A DNA stretch of 64,000 nt, taken from contig JAZDQA010000001.1 of NCBI GenBank assembly GCA_043797085.1, forward strand, positions 1 to 64,000, given 5' to 3'. Position 1 is the stretch's first letter. Each line of letters opens with the position of its first letter. Position numbers and translations under genes: made by a program. Shown here one piece after another: positions 21,351 to 32,349 of the stretch. Source of the DNA: Pseudomonadota bacterium (lineage in GTDB: Bacteria > Campylobacterota > Campylobacteria > Campylobacterales > Sulfurimonadaceae). Below the pieces are notes generated by a model. That model was not told the DNA's origin, ran no database searches, and worked only from the letters and a program-made list of their open reading frames with translations.

Positions 21351-21632
21351 ATGGCAGATATTACTGATATCAAATCGATCCTGTATACAGAGAAGACTTT
21401 AGGTCTTCAAGAAGAAGGCGTAATCGTAGTTCAAACGTCAACACGTATGACTAAGAATGGCCTTAAAGAGGTGTTTAGAGAGTATTTCGGAATCGTTCCT
21501 TCGAGAGTTAACTCATTAAACCAAAGCGGAAAAGTTAAAAAATTCCGCGGTCTTACTGGCAAGCAAAATGACTTTAAAAAGTTTTATGTGAAGCTTCCAG
21601 AAGGCGCACAAATCGATAGTTTGGCGGTGTAA
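21351..21632 (+). CDS. rplW: 50S ribosomal protein L23
   Basis: YTEKT, KKFYVKL; operon position. Confidence 0.96.
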   Translation: MADITDIKSILYTEKTLGLQEEGVIVVQTSTRMTKNGLKEVFREYFGIVPSRVNSLNQSGKVKKFRGLTGKQNDFKKFYVKLPEGAQIDSLAV

Positions 21633-21634
21633 TT

Positions 21635-22474
21635 ATGGCAATCAAAACCTATAAACCAACCACTCCTAGCCGACGTTTTATGACAAACGTTGATAACTCG
21701 GACATTACTGCAAAAGCAAGTGTTCGTGCATTGTTGACAAAACTTCCAGCACACGCAGGTCGTAACAGCAATGGTCGTATCACGTCACGTCATAAAGAAG
21801 CGGGAGCTAAAAAGCTTTACCGTATTATCGATTTCAAACGTAATAAATTTGGTATTTCAGGAACAGTAGCAGCGATCGAATACGATCCATACCGTAACTG
21901 CCGTATCGCTCTTGTTAACTATGCTGATGGTGATAAACGTTATGTTCTTCAACCAAAAGGTATGGTAGTAGGCGATGTTATCGCTTCTGCTGAGAGCGGT
22001 TTGGATATCAAATCAGGTAACGCGATGAAATTGATGAGTATCCCTGTGGGTACTACGGTTCATAACGTTGAGCTAAAACCGGGCAAAGGCGGACAAATCG
22101 TTCGTTCAGCTGGAACTTCTGCTCAAATCATGGGTCGTGAGGGAAAATACGTATCACTACGTCTTCCGTCAAGCGAAATGCGTTACGTTCTTGGTGAATG
22201 TATGGCAACTATCGGTACTGTTGGTAACGAAGAGTATATCAACATCGTTATCGGTAAAGCCGGTCGTTCACGTCACATGGGTATCCGCCCTCAAACTCGT
22301 GGTTCTGCGATGAATCCTATCGACCACCCGCATGGTGGTGGTGAAGGTAAAACGAATTCAGGACGTCACCCGGTTACTCCATGGGGTAAACCGACTAAAG
22401 GTGCTAAAACACGTAAGAAGAAAGCAAGTGATAGACTTATTATTACTCGCCGTAAATCAAATCCGAAGAGGTAG
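21635..22474 (+). CDS. rplB: 50S ribosomal protein L2
   Basis: [20 protein letters not shown]. Confidence 0.98.
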   Translation: MAIKTYKPTTPSRRFMTNVDNSDITAKASVRALLTKLPAHAGRNSNGRITSRHKEAGAKKLYRIIDFKRNKFGISGTVAAIEYDPYRNCRIALVNYADGDKRYVLQPKGMVVGDVIASAESGLDIKSGNAMKLMSIPVGTTVHNVELKPGKGGQIVRSAGTSAQIMGREGKYVSLRLPSSEMRYVLGECMATIGTVGNEEYINIVIGKAGRSRHMGIRPQTRGSAMNPIDHPHGGGEGKTNSGRHPVTPWGKPTKGAKTRKKKASDRLIITRRKSNPKR

Positions 22475-22477
22475 AGT

Positions 22478-22759
22478 ATGGCTAGATCAGTAAAAAAAGG
22501 ACCATTCGTTGATGGACACCTTATTAAAAAAGTGATTGCTGCCAAAGAGACGAAAAGCAACAAGCCTATCAAAACTTGGTCACGCCGTAGCGTGATCTTG
22601 CCAGATATGATCGGCTTGACGTTCACCGTCCATAATGGCCGTCAGTTTATACCTGTTTTCGTAACTGAAAACCACGTTGGGTATAAGCTTGGTGAATTTG
22701 CACCAACACGTACGTTTAAGGGCCATAAAGGTTCTGTACAAAAGAAAATCGGGAAATAA
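22478..22759 (+). CDS. rpsS: 30S ribosomal protein S19
   Basis: [17 protein letters not shown]. Confidence 0.98.
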   Translation: MARSVKKGPFVDGHLIKKVIAAKETKSNKPIKTWSRRSVILPDMIGLTFTVHNGRQFIPVFVTENHVGYKLGEFAPTRTFKGHKGSVQKKIGK

Positions 22760-22768
22760 GGAAGAGAT

Positions 22769-23086
22769 ATGGCAAGAGCATTATTAAAATTCGTTCGCGT
22801 ATCTCCGACTAAATCTCGTTTGATCGCTCGCGAAGTTCAAGGTATGAATGCAGAGCAAGCATTAGCAGCGTTGGAGTTCACTCCTAACAAAGCAGCAAAA
22901 ATCATCGCTAAAGTCGTTGCATCAGCAGTCGCTAACAGCGGTATCGAAGCGGAAGATTGTGTTATTAAATCATGCCGCGTTGACAATGGTCCAGTACTTA
23001 AGCGTTTTACGCAACGAGCACGTGGTACAGCGTCAGGTATCCGCAAACCGACTGCGCACATTTTGGTAGAAGTAGAGGGTAAATAA
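22769..23086 (+). CDS. rplV: 50S ribosomal protein L22
   Basis: [13 protein letters not shown]...IRKPTAHI. Confidence 0.97.
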   Translation: MARALLKFVRVSPTKSRLIAREVQGMNAEQALAALEFTPNKAAKIIAKVVASAVANSGIEAEDCVIKSCRVDNGPVLKRFTQRARGTASGIRKPTAHILVEVEGK

Positions 23087-23088
23087 TT

Positions 23089-23802
23089 ATGGGTCATAAA
23101 GTTAATCCTATTGGACTTCGTCTTGGTATCAACCGCAACTGGGAATCTCGTTGGTTTCCTAACTTTAAAACAGCTGCGGTATCTCTTGGTGAAGATCATA
23201 AAATCCGTACATTCTTGAAAAAAGAACTCTACTATGCCGGTGTGAGCAACATCGTCATTGAACGTACAGCTAAGCGTCTTCGTGTAACGATCATCGCAGC
23301 TCGTCCGGGAATCATTATTGGTAAAAAAGGTTCTGATATTGAGAAAATTAAAGATTCTCTCAACAAACTTATCGGAAAACCAGTTGCCCTTAACATTAAA
23401 GAAGAGAAAAAAGCACAAGCTTCTGCACAACTCGTTGCAGAAAACGTTGCGACTCAACTTGAAAAACGTGTAGCTTTCCGCCGCGCGATGAAAAAAGTTA
23501 TGCAAAATGCACAACGTGCCGGCGCAAAAGGGATTAAAGTTTCTGTTGCAGGTCGTCTCGGCGGTGCTGAAATCGCTCGTACTGAATGGTATCTTGAGGG
23601 ACGTGTTCCTCTTCATACTCTTCGTGCGAAAATCGATTACGGTTTTGCAGAAGCTCACACCACTTACGGTGTAATCGGTATTAAAGTTTGGATTTTCAAA
23701 GGTGAGGTTCTCACTAAAGGTATCCAACCTGAAGCTAAAGAAACTAAAGAAGAGGGTGGTCGTGAAGATCAACAACGCCGCCCTCGTCGAAAGGTTAACT
23801 AA
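23089..23802 (+). CDS. rpsC: 30S ribosomal protein S3
   Basis: [23 protein letters not shown]. Confidence 0.98.
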   Translation: MGHKVNPIGLRLGINRNWESRWFPNFKTAAVSLGEDHKIRTFLKKELYYAGVSNIVIERTAKRLRVTIIAARPGIIIGKKGSDIEKIKDSLNKLIGKPVALNIKEEKKAQASAQLVAENVATQLEKRVAFRRAMKKVMQNAQRAGAKGIKVSVAGRLGGAEIARTEWYLEGRVPLHTLRAKIDYGFAEAHTTYGVIGIKVWIFKGEVLTKGIQPEAKETKEEGGREDQQRRPRRKVN

Positions 23803-23804
23803 TC

Positions 23805-24230
23805 ATGTTAATGCCTAAACGTACGAAATATCGTAAACAAATGAAAGGGCGTAACCGTGGTTACGCTACTGCCGGAAACAAACTTGAATTCGGTTCTATC
23901 GGATTCAAAGCAACGGAAGCGGGACGTATTAACTCTCGCCAAATCGAAGCAGCTCGTATTTCAGCTACTCGTCACATCAAACGTACGGGTAAAATCTGGA
24001 TTCGCGTGTTCCCTGCTAAGCCTTTGACTGCTAAACCACTTGAAGTGCGTATGGGTAAAGGTAAGGGAGCTGTGGATCAATGGGTAATGAACATCAAGCC
24101 AGGCCGTATCATTTTTGAAATGGGTGGTGTTGAAGAGACTCTTGCTCGTGGAGCGTTAGCGCTTGCGATGCAAAAACTTCCGTTCAAAACCAAAATTGTA
24201 ACATTGGAGATGAGCAATGAAATATACTGA
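23805..24230 (+). CDS. rplP: 50S ribosomal protein L16
   Basis: [15 protein letters not shown]. Confidence 0.98.
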   Translation: MLMPKRTKYRKQMKGRNRGYATAGNKLEFGSIGFKATEAGRINSRQIEAARISATRHIKRTGKIWIRVFPAKPLTAKPLEVRMGKGKGAVDQWVMNIKPGRIIFEMGGVEETLARGALALAMQKLPFKTKIVTLEMSNEIY

Positions 24231-24402
24231 TTTAAACGGTAAAACCGCTGCTGAACTTCAAGGTGTGCTCAAAGAGAAAAAGATTGAGCTTTTCACTTTG
24301 AAAATTAAGCAAAAAATGATGCAATTGACTAATACGAGCGAACTTCGCACGGCTAAAAAAGACATTGCACGTATCAACACCGCGCTTAGCGCAGTGAAGT
24401 AA
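24217..24402 (+). CDS. rpmC: 50S ribosomal protein L29
   Basis: KKDIARINT; operon position. Confidence 0.96.
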   Translation: MKYTDLNGKTAAELQGVLKEKKIELFTLKIKQKMMQLTNTSELRTAKKDIARINTALSAVK

Positions 24403-24412
24403 GGGTGAACCT

Positions 24413-24667
24413 ATGACACATAAACGTGAAATTCAAGGTATCGTAGTAACAAACGGAGCAGACAAAACAGCAACAATCGTTGTTGAGCGTCGTGTAATGC
24501 ACCCACGTTACCACAAAACGGTAAAACGTTTCAAAAAATACATGGTACATGATGAAAATAACCAGCTTAACGTTGGTGATGAAATCATCGCTATCGAGTG
24601 CCGTCCGCTTAGTAAAAGCAAATCATTCCGCCTTAAATCTCTTGTAAAAGCAGGAGTAAGCGCATGA
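24413..24667 (+). CDS. rpsQ: 30S ribosomal protein S17
   Basis: [15 protein letters not shown]. Confidence 0.97.
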   Translation: MTHKREIQGIVVTNGADKTATIVVERRVMHPRYHKTVKRFKKYMVHDENNQLNVGDEIIAIECRPLSKSKSFRLKSLVKAGVSA

Positions 24668-25032
24668 TTCAAAGTTTTACTCGTCTAGCAGTAGCGGATA
24701 ACACAGGTGCGAAAGAGATCATGTGTATCAAAGTTCTTGGCGGTTCAAAACGTCGTTACGCAACAGTAGGTGATGTTATCATCGCTTCTGTTAAAAAAGC
24801 GACTCCAACCGGTAAAGTAAAAAAAGGTCAAGTAGTAACAGCAGTTGTTGTTCGTACGAAAAAAGAGATTCACCGTGAAAACGGTTCTTTGATTCGTTTC
24901 GACGAGAACGCAGCCGTTATTCTTGATAAAAAACGTGAGCCTGTCGGAACACGTATTTTCGGACCAATCGGACGTGAAGTTCGTTACGCTGGTTTCATGA
25001 AAATCGTATCTTTGGCTCCGGAGGTTGTATGA
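24664..25032 (+). CDS. rplN: 50S ribosomal protein L14
   Basis: [15 protein letters not shown]. Confidence 0.98.
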   Translation: MIQSFTRLAVADNTGAKEIMCIKVLGGSKRRYATVGDVIIASVKKATPTGKVKKGQVVTAVVVRTKKEIHRENGSLIRFDENAAVILDKKREPVGTRIFGPIGREVRYAGFMKIVSLAPEVV

Positions 25033-25262
25033 TGGCAAAATTTAATTTCAAAAAAGGCGATACTGTTGAAGTAATCGCTGGCGACGACAAAGGTACTAAA
25101 GCAGAAGTGCTTCAAGTAATGCCTAAGAAAAACAAAGTAATCGTTAAGGGTGTTCGTGTTGCGAAAAAAGCGATCAAACCTACCGAGCAAAATCCACAAG
25201 GCGGATTCTTGAACAAAGAGATGCCTGTTGATGCATCAAATGTCCGTAAAGTTGAGGCGTAA
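25032..25262 (+). CDS. rplX: 50S ribosomal protein L24
   Basis: [15 protein letters not shown]; alternative start 25029. Confidence 0.97.
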   Translation: MAKFNFKKGDTVEVIAGDDKGTKAEVLQVMPKKNKVIVKGVRVAKKAIKPTEQNPQGGFLNKEMPVDASNVRKVEA

Positions 25263-25264
25263 TC

Positions 25265-25810
25265 ATGGCACGACTAAAAGATAAATATTTGGCTCTTAAG
25301 CCTGAGCTTCAAGCGGCTCTTGGTATTGCTAATCCTATGCAGACTCCAAAACTTGAAAAAGTGATTATTTCTGTTGGTTGCGGCTTTGCTATGAAAGACA
25401 ACAAATTGATCCAAAGTATCCAAGATACGATCAGCAACATCGCTGGGCAACGTGCTTCAGTTGTTGTAGCTCGTAAATCAGTTGCTGGATTTAAAGTACG
25501 TGAAGGGATGCCGGTTGGTGTAAAAGTTACACTTCGCGGCGCTCAAATGTACGATTTCATGGATAAATTGATTTCTGTATCTCTTCCTCGTATGAAAGAC
25601 TTCCGTGGTATTCCACGTAATGGTTTCGACGGTCGCGGAAACTACAACTTCGGTTTGACCGAGCAGTTGATTTTCCCAGAAGTTGATTATGATTCAATTA
25701 TGCAAATCCACGGGATGAACATCACCGTAGTAACAAGCGCAACTGCTGACAAGGATGCTTTCAAGCTTCTTGAGATGGTCGGTATGCCGTTTGCAAAAGG
25801 AAGAGAATAA
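25265..25810 (+). CDS. rplE: 50S ribosomal protein L5
   Basis: FDGRGNY, EQLIFPE. Confidence 0.98.
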   Translation: MARLKDKYLALKPELQAALGIANPMQTPKLEKVIISVGCGFAMKDNKLIQSIQDTISNIAGQRASVVVARKSVAGFKVREGMPVGVKVTLRGAQMYDFMDKLISVSLPRMKDFRGIPRNGFDGRGNYNFGLTEQLIFPEVDYDSIMQIHGMNITVVTSATADKDAFKLLEMVGMPFAKGRE

Positions 25811-25995
25811 TGGCTAAAAAGTCAATGATCGCTAAAGCGGCTCGCACACCAAAATTTGCAGTTCGCGCGTACACTCGTTGTCAGATCTGTGGTCGTCCAC
25901 ACTCTGTTATCAGCGATTTCGGTATTTGTCGCATTTGCTTCCGTAAGATGGCGAATGAAGGGTTACTCCCAGGCGTAAGAAAGTCAAGCTGGTAA
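25810..25995 (+). CDS. rpsN: 30S ribosomal protein S14, zinc-binding (type Z)
   Basis: 61 aa, CQICGR...CRIC. Confidence 0.97.
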   Translation: MAKKSMIAKAARTPKFAVRAYTRCQICGRPHSVISDFGICRICFRKMANEGLLPGVRKSSW

Positions 25996-26036
25996 GTCCA
26001 GCTCGATACTGCTTACGATTTAGATAAGGAAAATAA

Positions 26037-26432
26037 ATGATTAATGATTTGATCGCGGATTCGTTGACTCGTATCCGTAATGCTGCAATGCGTCGTTTGG
26101 ATTCAACTACACTTATGCATTCTAAGACTGTAGAAGCTGTAGTTGCTATTTTGGCAGACAAAGGATATGTTGAGAGTTTTAACGTTATTGAAAACGGCGT
26201 TAAAAAAACAATCAATGTAGTATTAAAGTATGACGTTAATGGTCGTACAGTAATTAATGAAGTAAAACGTATTTCTAAATCAGGACGACGTGTTTACAAA
26301 GGTGCGACTGAGCTTAAGCGTTTCAAAAACGGTTACGGTACAATCATCGTCAGCAGTTCAAAAGGGGTTCTTCCTAACGATAAAGCATTCGAGCTTGGCG
26401 TTGGCGGCGAAGTCCTTTGTACAATTTGGTAA
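26037..26432 (+). CDS. rpsH: 30S ribosomal protein S8
   Basis: [26 protein letters not shown]. Confidence 0.98.
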   Translation: MINDLIADSLTRIRNAAMRRLDSTTLMHSKTVEAVVAILADKGYVESFNVIENGVKKTINVVLKYDVNGRTVINEVKRISKSGRRVYKGATELKRFKNGYGTIIVSSSKGVLPNDKAFELGVGGEVLCTIW

Positions 26433-26441
26433 GGGGATAAG

Positions 26442-26978
26442 ATGTCACGTATTGGAAAACTTCCTGTTTCTATCCCAGCTGATGTAAATGTTACTCTTGA
26501 TGGAGCGGTTATTACTTTTGTAAAAGGTGATACAACTCACACTCTTGATACTCGTGGAAATTGTGGTGTTGCGTTCGAAGATAATGCTTTGACGTTTGCT
26601 ACAAACTCTGACAACCGTGCAGATCGTGCCTTTTGGGGTACTTACCGTGCACTTGCTCAAAATATCGTTGTGGGCTTAACTACCGGTTTTGAGAAAAAAC
26701 TCGAAATCAATGGTGTTGGTTACCGTGCTGCTGTTGAAGGCGCTATTTTGAAACTTCAATTGGGCTTCAGTCATGATATTCTTTTTGATATCCCTGCTGG
26801 CGTTGCAATTACCGTTGAGAAAAACGTTATTACCATCAAAGGTACTGACAAGCAACAAATTGGACAAATTGCAGCAGTTATTCGTTCATTCCGTCCACCT
26901 GAGCCGTATAAAGGCAAAGGTGTTAAATACTCTGATGAGACTATCCTGCGTAAAGCCGGTAAGACATCTAAGAAATAA
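26442..26978 (+). CDS. rplF: 50S ribosomal protein L6
   Basis: [16 protein letters not shown]. Confidence 0.98.
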   Translation: MSRIGKLPVSIPADVNVTLDGAVITFVKGDTTHTLDTRGNCGVAFEDNALTFATNSDNRADRAFWGTYRALAQNIVVGLTTGFEKKLEINGVGYRAAVEGAILKLQLGFSHDILFDIPAGVAITVEKNVITIKGTDKQQIGQIAAVIRSFRPPEPYKGKGVKYSDETILRKAGKTSKK

Positions 26979-26989
26979 GGAGCGATGAT

Positions 26990-27346
26990 ATGACAGGTAA
27001 AACACTTAAAATAAAAGCGGCAAAACGTCTCCAACGTAAACGCCGTATTCGCTCTAAAATCTCAGGATGCGCGACATTGCCACGTATCTCAGTATTTCGC
27101 TCTAACCGCTTTATCAGCGCACAAGCGATTAATGACGAGCAAGGGGTAACTCTTGCAGCCGTACACTCAAAAACTTTAGGTCTTAAAGCTAACATTGAAA
27201 GCGCTGAAAAAGCGGGTGCAGTGTTCGCAAAAACCTTAAAAGATGCTGGGATTAATGAAGTTACGTTTGATCGTAACGGATTTTTGTATCACGGTGTCGT
27301 AAAAGCGTTTGCCGAAGCACTTCGTGCAAATGAAATCAAGTTTTAA
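26990..27346 (+). CDS. rplR: 50S ribosomal protein L18
   Basis: PRISVFRSN, FDRNGFLYHG. Confidence 0.97.
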   Translation: MTGKTLKIKAAKRLQRKRRIRSKISGCATLPRISVFRSNRFISAQAINDEQGVTLAAVHSKTLGLKANIESAEKAGAVFAKTLKDAGINEVTFDRNGFLYHGVVKAFAEALRANEIKF

Positions 27347-27356
27347 GGGCTGATGA

Positions 27357-27800
27357 ATGAATCCTATTAATAGAGAAGAATTTTCAGAAGCGATCGTAAA
27401 TATCGGTCGTGTAACCAAAGTTGTAAAAGGTGGACGTCGTTTTCGTTTTACCGCACTTGTGGTTGTAGGTAACAAAAAAGGGACTGTCGGTTACGGCGTC
27501 GGTAAAGCCAAAGAGGTTCCTGATGCTATTCGTAAAGCGGTAGATGAAGCGTTCAAAAATCTTACAGTTGTAAAGATCAAAGGGACTACTATCGCTCACG
27601 ATATCGAAGTAAAATACAACGCAAGTCGTATGTTGCTTAAACCGGCATCTGAAGGTACAGGAGTTATCGCCGGCGGCGCTGCTCGTCCTGTTCTTGAACT
27701 TGCTGGAATCCAAGACATCTTGACGAAGTCTTTGGGTTCAAACAATCCAAACACCGTGGTTCGTGCAACAGTTGATGCACTTTCACGTATCAAAGGATAA
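27357..27800 (+). CDS. rpsE: 30S ribosomal protein S5
   Basis: [20 protein letters not shown]. Confidence 0.98.
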   Translation: MNPINREEFSEAIVNIGRVTKVVKGGRRFRFTALVVVGNKKGTVGYGVGKAKEVPDAIRKAVDEAFKNLTVVKIKGTTIAHDIEVKYNASRMLLKPASEGTGVIAGGAARPVLELAGIQDILTKSLGSNNPNTVVRATVDALSRIKG

Positions 27801-27803
27801 GGT

Positions 27804-28202
27804 ATGGCACTCGAAAATTTAACACCAGCTGCAGGGTCAACACACCCTACAAAACGTCTTGGACGTGGCGCCGGTAGTGGTACCGGTAAAACTTCTGGTA
27901 AAGGACACAAGGGTCAAAAAGCTCGTGGAGGTTACAATGAAAAGCGTAACTTCGAGGGTGGACAACAACCTCTTGCTCGCCGTTTGCCAAAAATTGGATT
28001 TACGTCTCGTGTCGTAAAACCAACGATCATTAACGTTGAAAAAACAAATGTAATCGCTGAGCTTTCAGAAATTACAATGGAAACAATCCGTAGCGTACAC
28101 CGTTTGAAAAAATCGGTCACTCAAGTTAAACTTGTAGGTGCAAGCGCAAAAGATTTAGCATCTAAAATCAAAGACGAAAACGTTACAACTACTGGTAACT
28201 AA
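27804..28202 (+). CDS. rplO: 50S ribosomal protein L15
   Basis: [24 protein letters not shown]. Confidence 0.98.
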   Translation: MALENLTPAAGSTHPTKRLGRGAGSGTGKTSGKGHKGQKARGGYNEKRNFEGGQQPLARRLPKIGFTSRVVKPTIINVEKTNVIAELSEITMETIRSVHRLKKSVTQVKLVGASAKDLASKIKDENVTTTGN

Positions 28203-29464
28203 TGAACCAGCAACTTGTAAACAAGATCTTAATTACGATCGGTTTTCTCTTTATCTTCCGTCTATTGGCATTCGTGCCGGTACCGGGTGTTGACACAGCG
28301 GTTATCGCTTCTTTCTTTGACCAGCATCAAGCAGACGCACTGGGTCTATTTAACATGTTTAGCGGTAATGCCGTAGAACGCCTCTCTATTATCTCCCTTG
28401 GTATCATGCCTTATATTACTGCTTCTATTATCATGGAACTGTTAGCAGCCACTTTCCCGAACTTAGCGCAAATGAAAAAAGAGCGTGACGGTATGGTTAA
28501 ATACATGCAAATTATCCGTTATGCAACCATTGCGATCACCATTGTACAAGCAATCGGCGTGAGTGTCGGATTGCAAAATATGACGGGTAAAGACGGTGGA
28601 AGTGCTATTTTGGTGGATCACTCTACCTTTATGTTGCTCGCAGTTGTTTCGATGTTAGCAGGAACTATGCTATTGATGTGGATTGGGGAACAAATCACCC
28701 AAAGCGGTATCGGTAACGGTGTCTCTTTGATTATTTTTGCCGGTATTGTTTCGGCAATTCCGAGTGCTATTTCTCAAGCAATTACGATGGTGAATACGGG
28801 AGCGATGAGCTTTTTAGCGGTTATTGCAATCGTTGCGCTGGTTATTGCAACCGTATTGGTCATTATCTATGTAGAGCTTGGTGAACGACGTATTCCGGTA
28901 ACGTATGCGAAAAAGACCATGCTTCAAAATCAAAACAAGCGGGTTATGAACTATATTCCGGTCAAAGTAAACCTTTCAGGTGTTATTCCTGTTATTTTTG
29001 CTTCGGCTATTTTGATGTTCCCGATGACGGTTATGTCATCAAGTACAAATCCTGCTATTCAATCGATTGCAGATGTACTTAATCCAAATCATTATTTCTT
29101 TAACTTTTTGACCTTTATTTTTGTCGTATTCTTTGCATTTTTCTATGCATCAATTGTATTTAATGCAAAAGATATTGCTGACAATCTTAAGCGTCAAGGT
29201 GGATTTATCCCAGGCGTTCGCCCCGGTGAATCAACTAAAGCATTTTTGAATGAGACAGCAGGACGCTTGACGATTACAGGTGCTATTTATTTAGGACTTG
29301 TGGCAACGCTTCCATGGGTTATTGTTAAAGCGATGGGAGTCCCTTTCTTCTTTGGAGGGACGGCAGTTCTTATCGTGGTTCAAGTAGCTTTGGATACGAT
29401 GCGTCGTGTTGAAGCACAAGTGTATACTTCTAAATATCAAACTCTTAGCGCGGTTGGTCTGTAA
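28202..29464 (+). CDS. secY: Preprotein translocase subunit SecY
   Basis: LGIMPYITASII, GIGNGVSL, IPGVRPG. Confidence 0.98.
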   Translation: MNQQLVNKILITIGFLFIFRLLAFVPVPGVDTAVIASFFDQHQADALGLFNMFSGNAVERLSIISLGIMPYITASIIMELLAATFPNLAQMKKERDGMVKYMQIIRYATIAITIVQAIGVSVGLQNMTGKDGGSAILVDHSTFMLLAVVSMLAGTMLLMWIGEQITQSGIGNGVSLIIFAGIVSAIPSAISQAITMVNTGAMSFLAVIAIVALVIATVLVIIYVELGERRIPVTYAKKTMLQNQNKRVMNYIPVKVNLSGVIPVIFASAILMFPMTVMSSSTNPAIQSIADVLNPNHYFFNFLTFIFVVFFAFFYASIVFNAKDIADNLKRQGGFIPGVRPGESTKAFLNETAGRLTITGAIYLGLVATLPWVIVKAMGVPFFFGGTAVLIVVQVALDTMRRVEAQVYTSKYQTLSAVGL

Positions 29465-29466
29465 CT

Positions 29467-30225
29467 ATGGCGATTGCGCTACGTAAAAATGATGAAATAG
29501 CCAAACTTCGTGCAGCGAATAAAATCGTTGCAGGGACGTTAGAGCTTTTACGAGAAAATACAAAAGTGGGTGTTTCGTTAAAAGAGTTGGATGCGATGGG
29601 TGAAGAGTATATTCGATCACTCAACGCAAAACCGTCATTTAAGGGTCTTTATGGCTTTCCAAATGCGGTATGTACTTCTCTTAATAACGTTATTATTCAC
29701 GGAATACCTACCGATTACCGACTTCAAGAAGGCGATATAATCGGCTTCGACGTGGGTACTCAAAAAAACGGTTATTTTGGCGATGCTGCTATAACAGTGG
29801 GTGTCGGTCAAATTACCAAAGAAGATGAGGCATTGATCGCATGCGCGAAAGATACCCTCTACCATGCCATTGAGATTATTGAAGACGGAATGCGATTCAA
29901 AGAGCTTTCCCATGAGATGGAGAAATTTATCCTAAGCCGCGGCTATGTCCCATTACGCAATTTTTGTGGACATGGTATCGGAAAAAAGCCTCATGAAGAA
30001 CCCGAAATCCCAAATTATTTTGATGGAACAAATCCCAAAGCGGGACCAAAAATTAAAAACGGAATGGTTTTTTGTTTGGAACCGATGATTTGCCAAAAAG
30101 ACGGTATGTCTAAAATTTTGGCAAACGGTTGGGATGTGGTAAGTGTAGATGAGCTAAGAGGCTCTCATTACGAGCATACGGTTGCGATTATCAACGGTAG
30201 AGCTGAAATATTATCAATCATATAA
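29467..30225 (+). CDS. map: Methionine aminopeptidase type I
   Basis: HGIP, GHGIG...HEEP, EPM, HYEHT. Confidence 0.96.
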   Translation: MAIALRKNDEIAKLRAANKIVAGTLELLRENTKVGVSLKELDAMGEEYIRSLNAKPSFKGLYGFPNAVCTSLNNVIIHGIPTDYRLQEGDIIGFDVGTQKNGYFGDAAITVGVGQITKEDEALIACAKDTLYHAIEIIEDGMRFKELSHEMEKFILSRGYVPLRNFCGHGIGKKPHEEPEIPNYFDGTNPKAGPKIKNGMVFCLEPMICQKDGMSKILANGWDVVSVDELRGSHYEHTVAIINGRAEILSII

Positions 30226-30234
30226 AGGAATTTT

Positions 30235-30453
30235 ATGGCAAAAGATGATGTCATTGAAGTAGACGGAAAGATTGTTGAAGCACTACCGAACGCAACGTTT
30301 CGTGTGGAGCTTCCAAATGGACATGTGATCTTATGTCACATCGCTGGAAAAATGCGTATGCACTATATCAAAATCTTACCAGGTGATACGGTTAAACTCG
30401 AACTCACCCCGTACAGTCTTGATAAAGGGCGTATTACTTATCGTTACAAGTAA
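30235..30453 (+). CDS. infA: Translation initiation factor IF-1
   Basis: [16 protein letters not shown]. Confidence 0.98.
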   Translation: MAKDDVIEVDGKIVEALPNATFRVELPNGHVILCHIAGKMRMHYIKILPGDTVKLELTPYSLDKGRITYRYK

Positions 30454-30473
30454 GAACCAAAAGGTTCTTACTT
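30448..30473. terminator. Perfect inverted repeat spanning the convergent infA/ppnP stops
   Basis: AAGTAAGAACC-AAAA-GGTTCTTACTT. Confidence 0.6.
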
Positions 30474-30782
30474 CACAAAACTGCAACAATAATCACTAAT
30501 TGTCTTAACTTTCAAATGAAACGAACTGTTAGCCGGAACGTCAAAACTCTGAGGTCCTACGATAGTAATCCATTCTGGTGAATCCGGAAGTTGTATGTCC
30601 ATTTCTCCACTCATAATTTCCATAATCTCTTTATCGCCTGTGTTGAACGTATATTCTCCCGGTAACATAATCCCCAGAGTTTTCATACTGCCGTCTTCGA
30701 AATGAAGCGTTCGGCTCGTTACTTTTCCGTCGAAATAAATATTTGCTTTTTTATCAGCAGTGATATTGCTAAATTGTGACAT
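30468..30782 (-). CDS. ppnP: Pyrimidine/purine nucleoside phosphorylase (DUF1255)
   Basis: [34 protein letters not shown]. Confidence 0.9.
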   Translation of the reverse strand: MSQFSNITADKKANIYFDGKVTSRTLHFEDGSMKTLGIMLPGEYTFNTGDKEIMEIMSGEMDIQLPDSPEWITIVGPQSFDVPANSSFHLKVKTISDYCCSFVK

Positions 30783-30809
30783 TGTGATCCTTTAAAAAAT
30801 AGTGGAGAA

Positions 30810-30995
30810 TTATAGCGGATTGAGCTCTTTTTTCATATTTTTAGGGAGATGAGCAAAGGGATATTTTGGATCGACTCTCTCTTCGTCCCCATCTTTGATG
30901 TGAATTTCCAGTGTCATTTCACTTCGGTCAAAATTGATAAGTGTGTAGACTTTATCATCTTCAATGTACGATAAACGTCGCCCTTGAAGATTCAT
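30810..30995 (-). CDS. Small hypothetical protein
   Basis: Short ORF ending PFAHLPKNMKKELNPL; start 30995 or 31025. Confidence 0.55.
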   Translation of the reverse strand: MNLQGRRLSYIEDDKVYTLINFDRSEMTLEIHIKDGDEERVDPKYPFAHLPKNMKKELNPL

Positions 30996-31014
30996 AAAAG
31001 CTCTTTTTTTAGGT

Positions 31015-31854
31015 CTATATCCCATAAATTCCGTTCTCCTTGATGGTTATTTTTTTTGCATCACTTAGTTTAGTAAGTGCTGCTTTAAAATTCTTTTTGC
31101 TAAGTCCGAACATTTTTTGAATCAATTCCGCGTCGCTTTTGTAGTTGTACGGAAGCATTCCACTGTTCTTCTTGAGCATTTGAAGAATTTTTTCGCCGGC
31201 ATCGGTCGATTTTTCTTTTCCAATTTTTTGAAGTGAAAGATCCAATTTTCCATCTTCACGGCGTAGTTTTACAAACCCGTTTTTGATTTGACCTGAGCGA
31301 AGAGGCTCAAAAATCTCGTTGGCATAAAGCATCCCCTCGTAGAGGTGATTGACGATGGCTTTGTACCCCATAGGTGTTTTGGCAATAATCATAAACTCCA
31401 CGGGGGTGTTTGGGTAAAACTCTCTAGGGGCATCGATGAGTGCCGGAGTGATTTTTTCCGTCCCTACGAGACGATTCGTCTGCGCATCCAAGATAACCCG
31501 TACAATGCGCTTTTCACCCACCTTAAAGGGGACTTTTTGCATGACACGCGGGACAAAGAGGTCTTTTGGCAATCCCCAGTTAACAAATGCCCCGATAGGA
31601 GTCGTATCGACGACTTCAACGAAGGCTAGCTGATTGACCATCGCTTTTGGCATGACGGTACTTGCTACGGGACGATCTTCGCTGTCCGTGTAAACAAATA
31701 CGTCGATGGTATCGCCGATGTGCATCGCATCTGTAACGTATTGATTGGGCAATAAAATATCGCTCTCATCCAATGCTCGTAAAAAAAGCCCCGGCGTTGT
31801 ATCTCTATCGATAGTGAGGATATTTATTTCCCCGATTTTTAGTGTTTCATTCAT
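31015..31854 (-). CDS. S1 RNA-binding domain protein (CvfB family)
   Basis: VFVYTDSEDR, GAFVNWGLPKDLFVP, FGLSKKNFKAAL. Confidence 0.9.
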   Translation of the reverse strand: MNETLKIGEINILTIDRDTTPGLFLRALDESDILLPNQYVTDAMHIGDTIDVFVYTDSEDRPVASTVMPKAMVNQLAFVEVVDTTPIGAFVNWGLPKDLFVPRVMQKVPFKVGEKRIVRVILDAQTNRLVGTEKITPALIDAPREFYPNTPVEFMIIAKTPMGYKAIVNHLYEGMLYANEIFEPLRSGQIKNGFVKLRREDGKLDLSLQKIGKEKSTDAGEKILQMLKKNSGMLPYNYKSDAELIQKMFGLSKKNFKAALTKLSDAKKITIKENGIYGI

Positions 31855-31893
31855 AAGTGACATTATATCGGGTTTTGGCTTCGCGTCACGCCC

Positions 31894-31970
31894 TCTCCCG
31901 TCATCCCGTACTTGATACTGGATATAATGGTTCTAAATATAGTGCTCATAATTACAGGGAATGACGAGAA
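31894..31970. repeat. Degenerate CGTC-type palindromic (REP/MITE-like) element
   Basis: Ends CGTCATCCC (31899-31907) and GGGAATGACG (31957-31966) are imperfect inverted repeats; terminal 10-mer ATGACGAGAA recurs at 56989 and, inverted, at 63991. Confidence 0.5.
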
Positions 31971-32016
31971 CAATTATATATGCTTAAACTCTATTGATTT
32001 TCGCTAAAATACAACC

Positions 32017-32349
32017 ATGAAGCTAAGTGAAGAATTGAAAAGCGCTATTGTTGAGAGATTGATGCCATTAAAACCTGAAAAGGTAGTAGTATTTGGTAGT
32101 TATGCGTATGGTGAGCCAAATGAACATAGTGACCTTGATTTATATGTGGTAACCTCTGATGAGTACACACCTCAAAATTGGCGTGAAAAAAGTGCTATTT
32201 TTTTAAAGACTATTAAAACGCTTGATGATATTCAAAAGCAAATCCCGATTGATCTTATTGCTCACACAAAACCAATGTATCGGAAGTTTATTGAATTAGA
32301 TGGAATGCTTAGTCGCAAAATTTTTCGTGAGGGAATTTCATTAATATGA
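32017..32349 (+). CDS. Minimal nucleotidyltransferase (MNT) antitoxin-like protein
   Basis: FGSYAYG...SDLDL (GSx10DxD). Confidence 0.85.
   Translation: MKLSEELKSAIVERLMPLKPEKVVVFGSYAYGEPNEHSDLDLYVVTSDEYTPQNWREKSAIFLKTIKTLDDIQKQIPIDLIAHTKPMYRKFIELDGMLSRKIFREGISLI

Noticed and set aside
22837..23775. 312 aa minus-strand ORF
   Set aside because: Antisense shadow of rplV/rpsC, caused by biased codon usage in highly expressed genes; no motifs.
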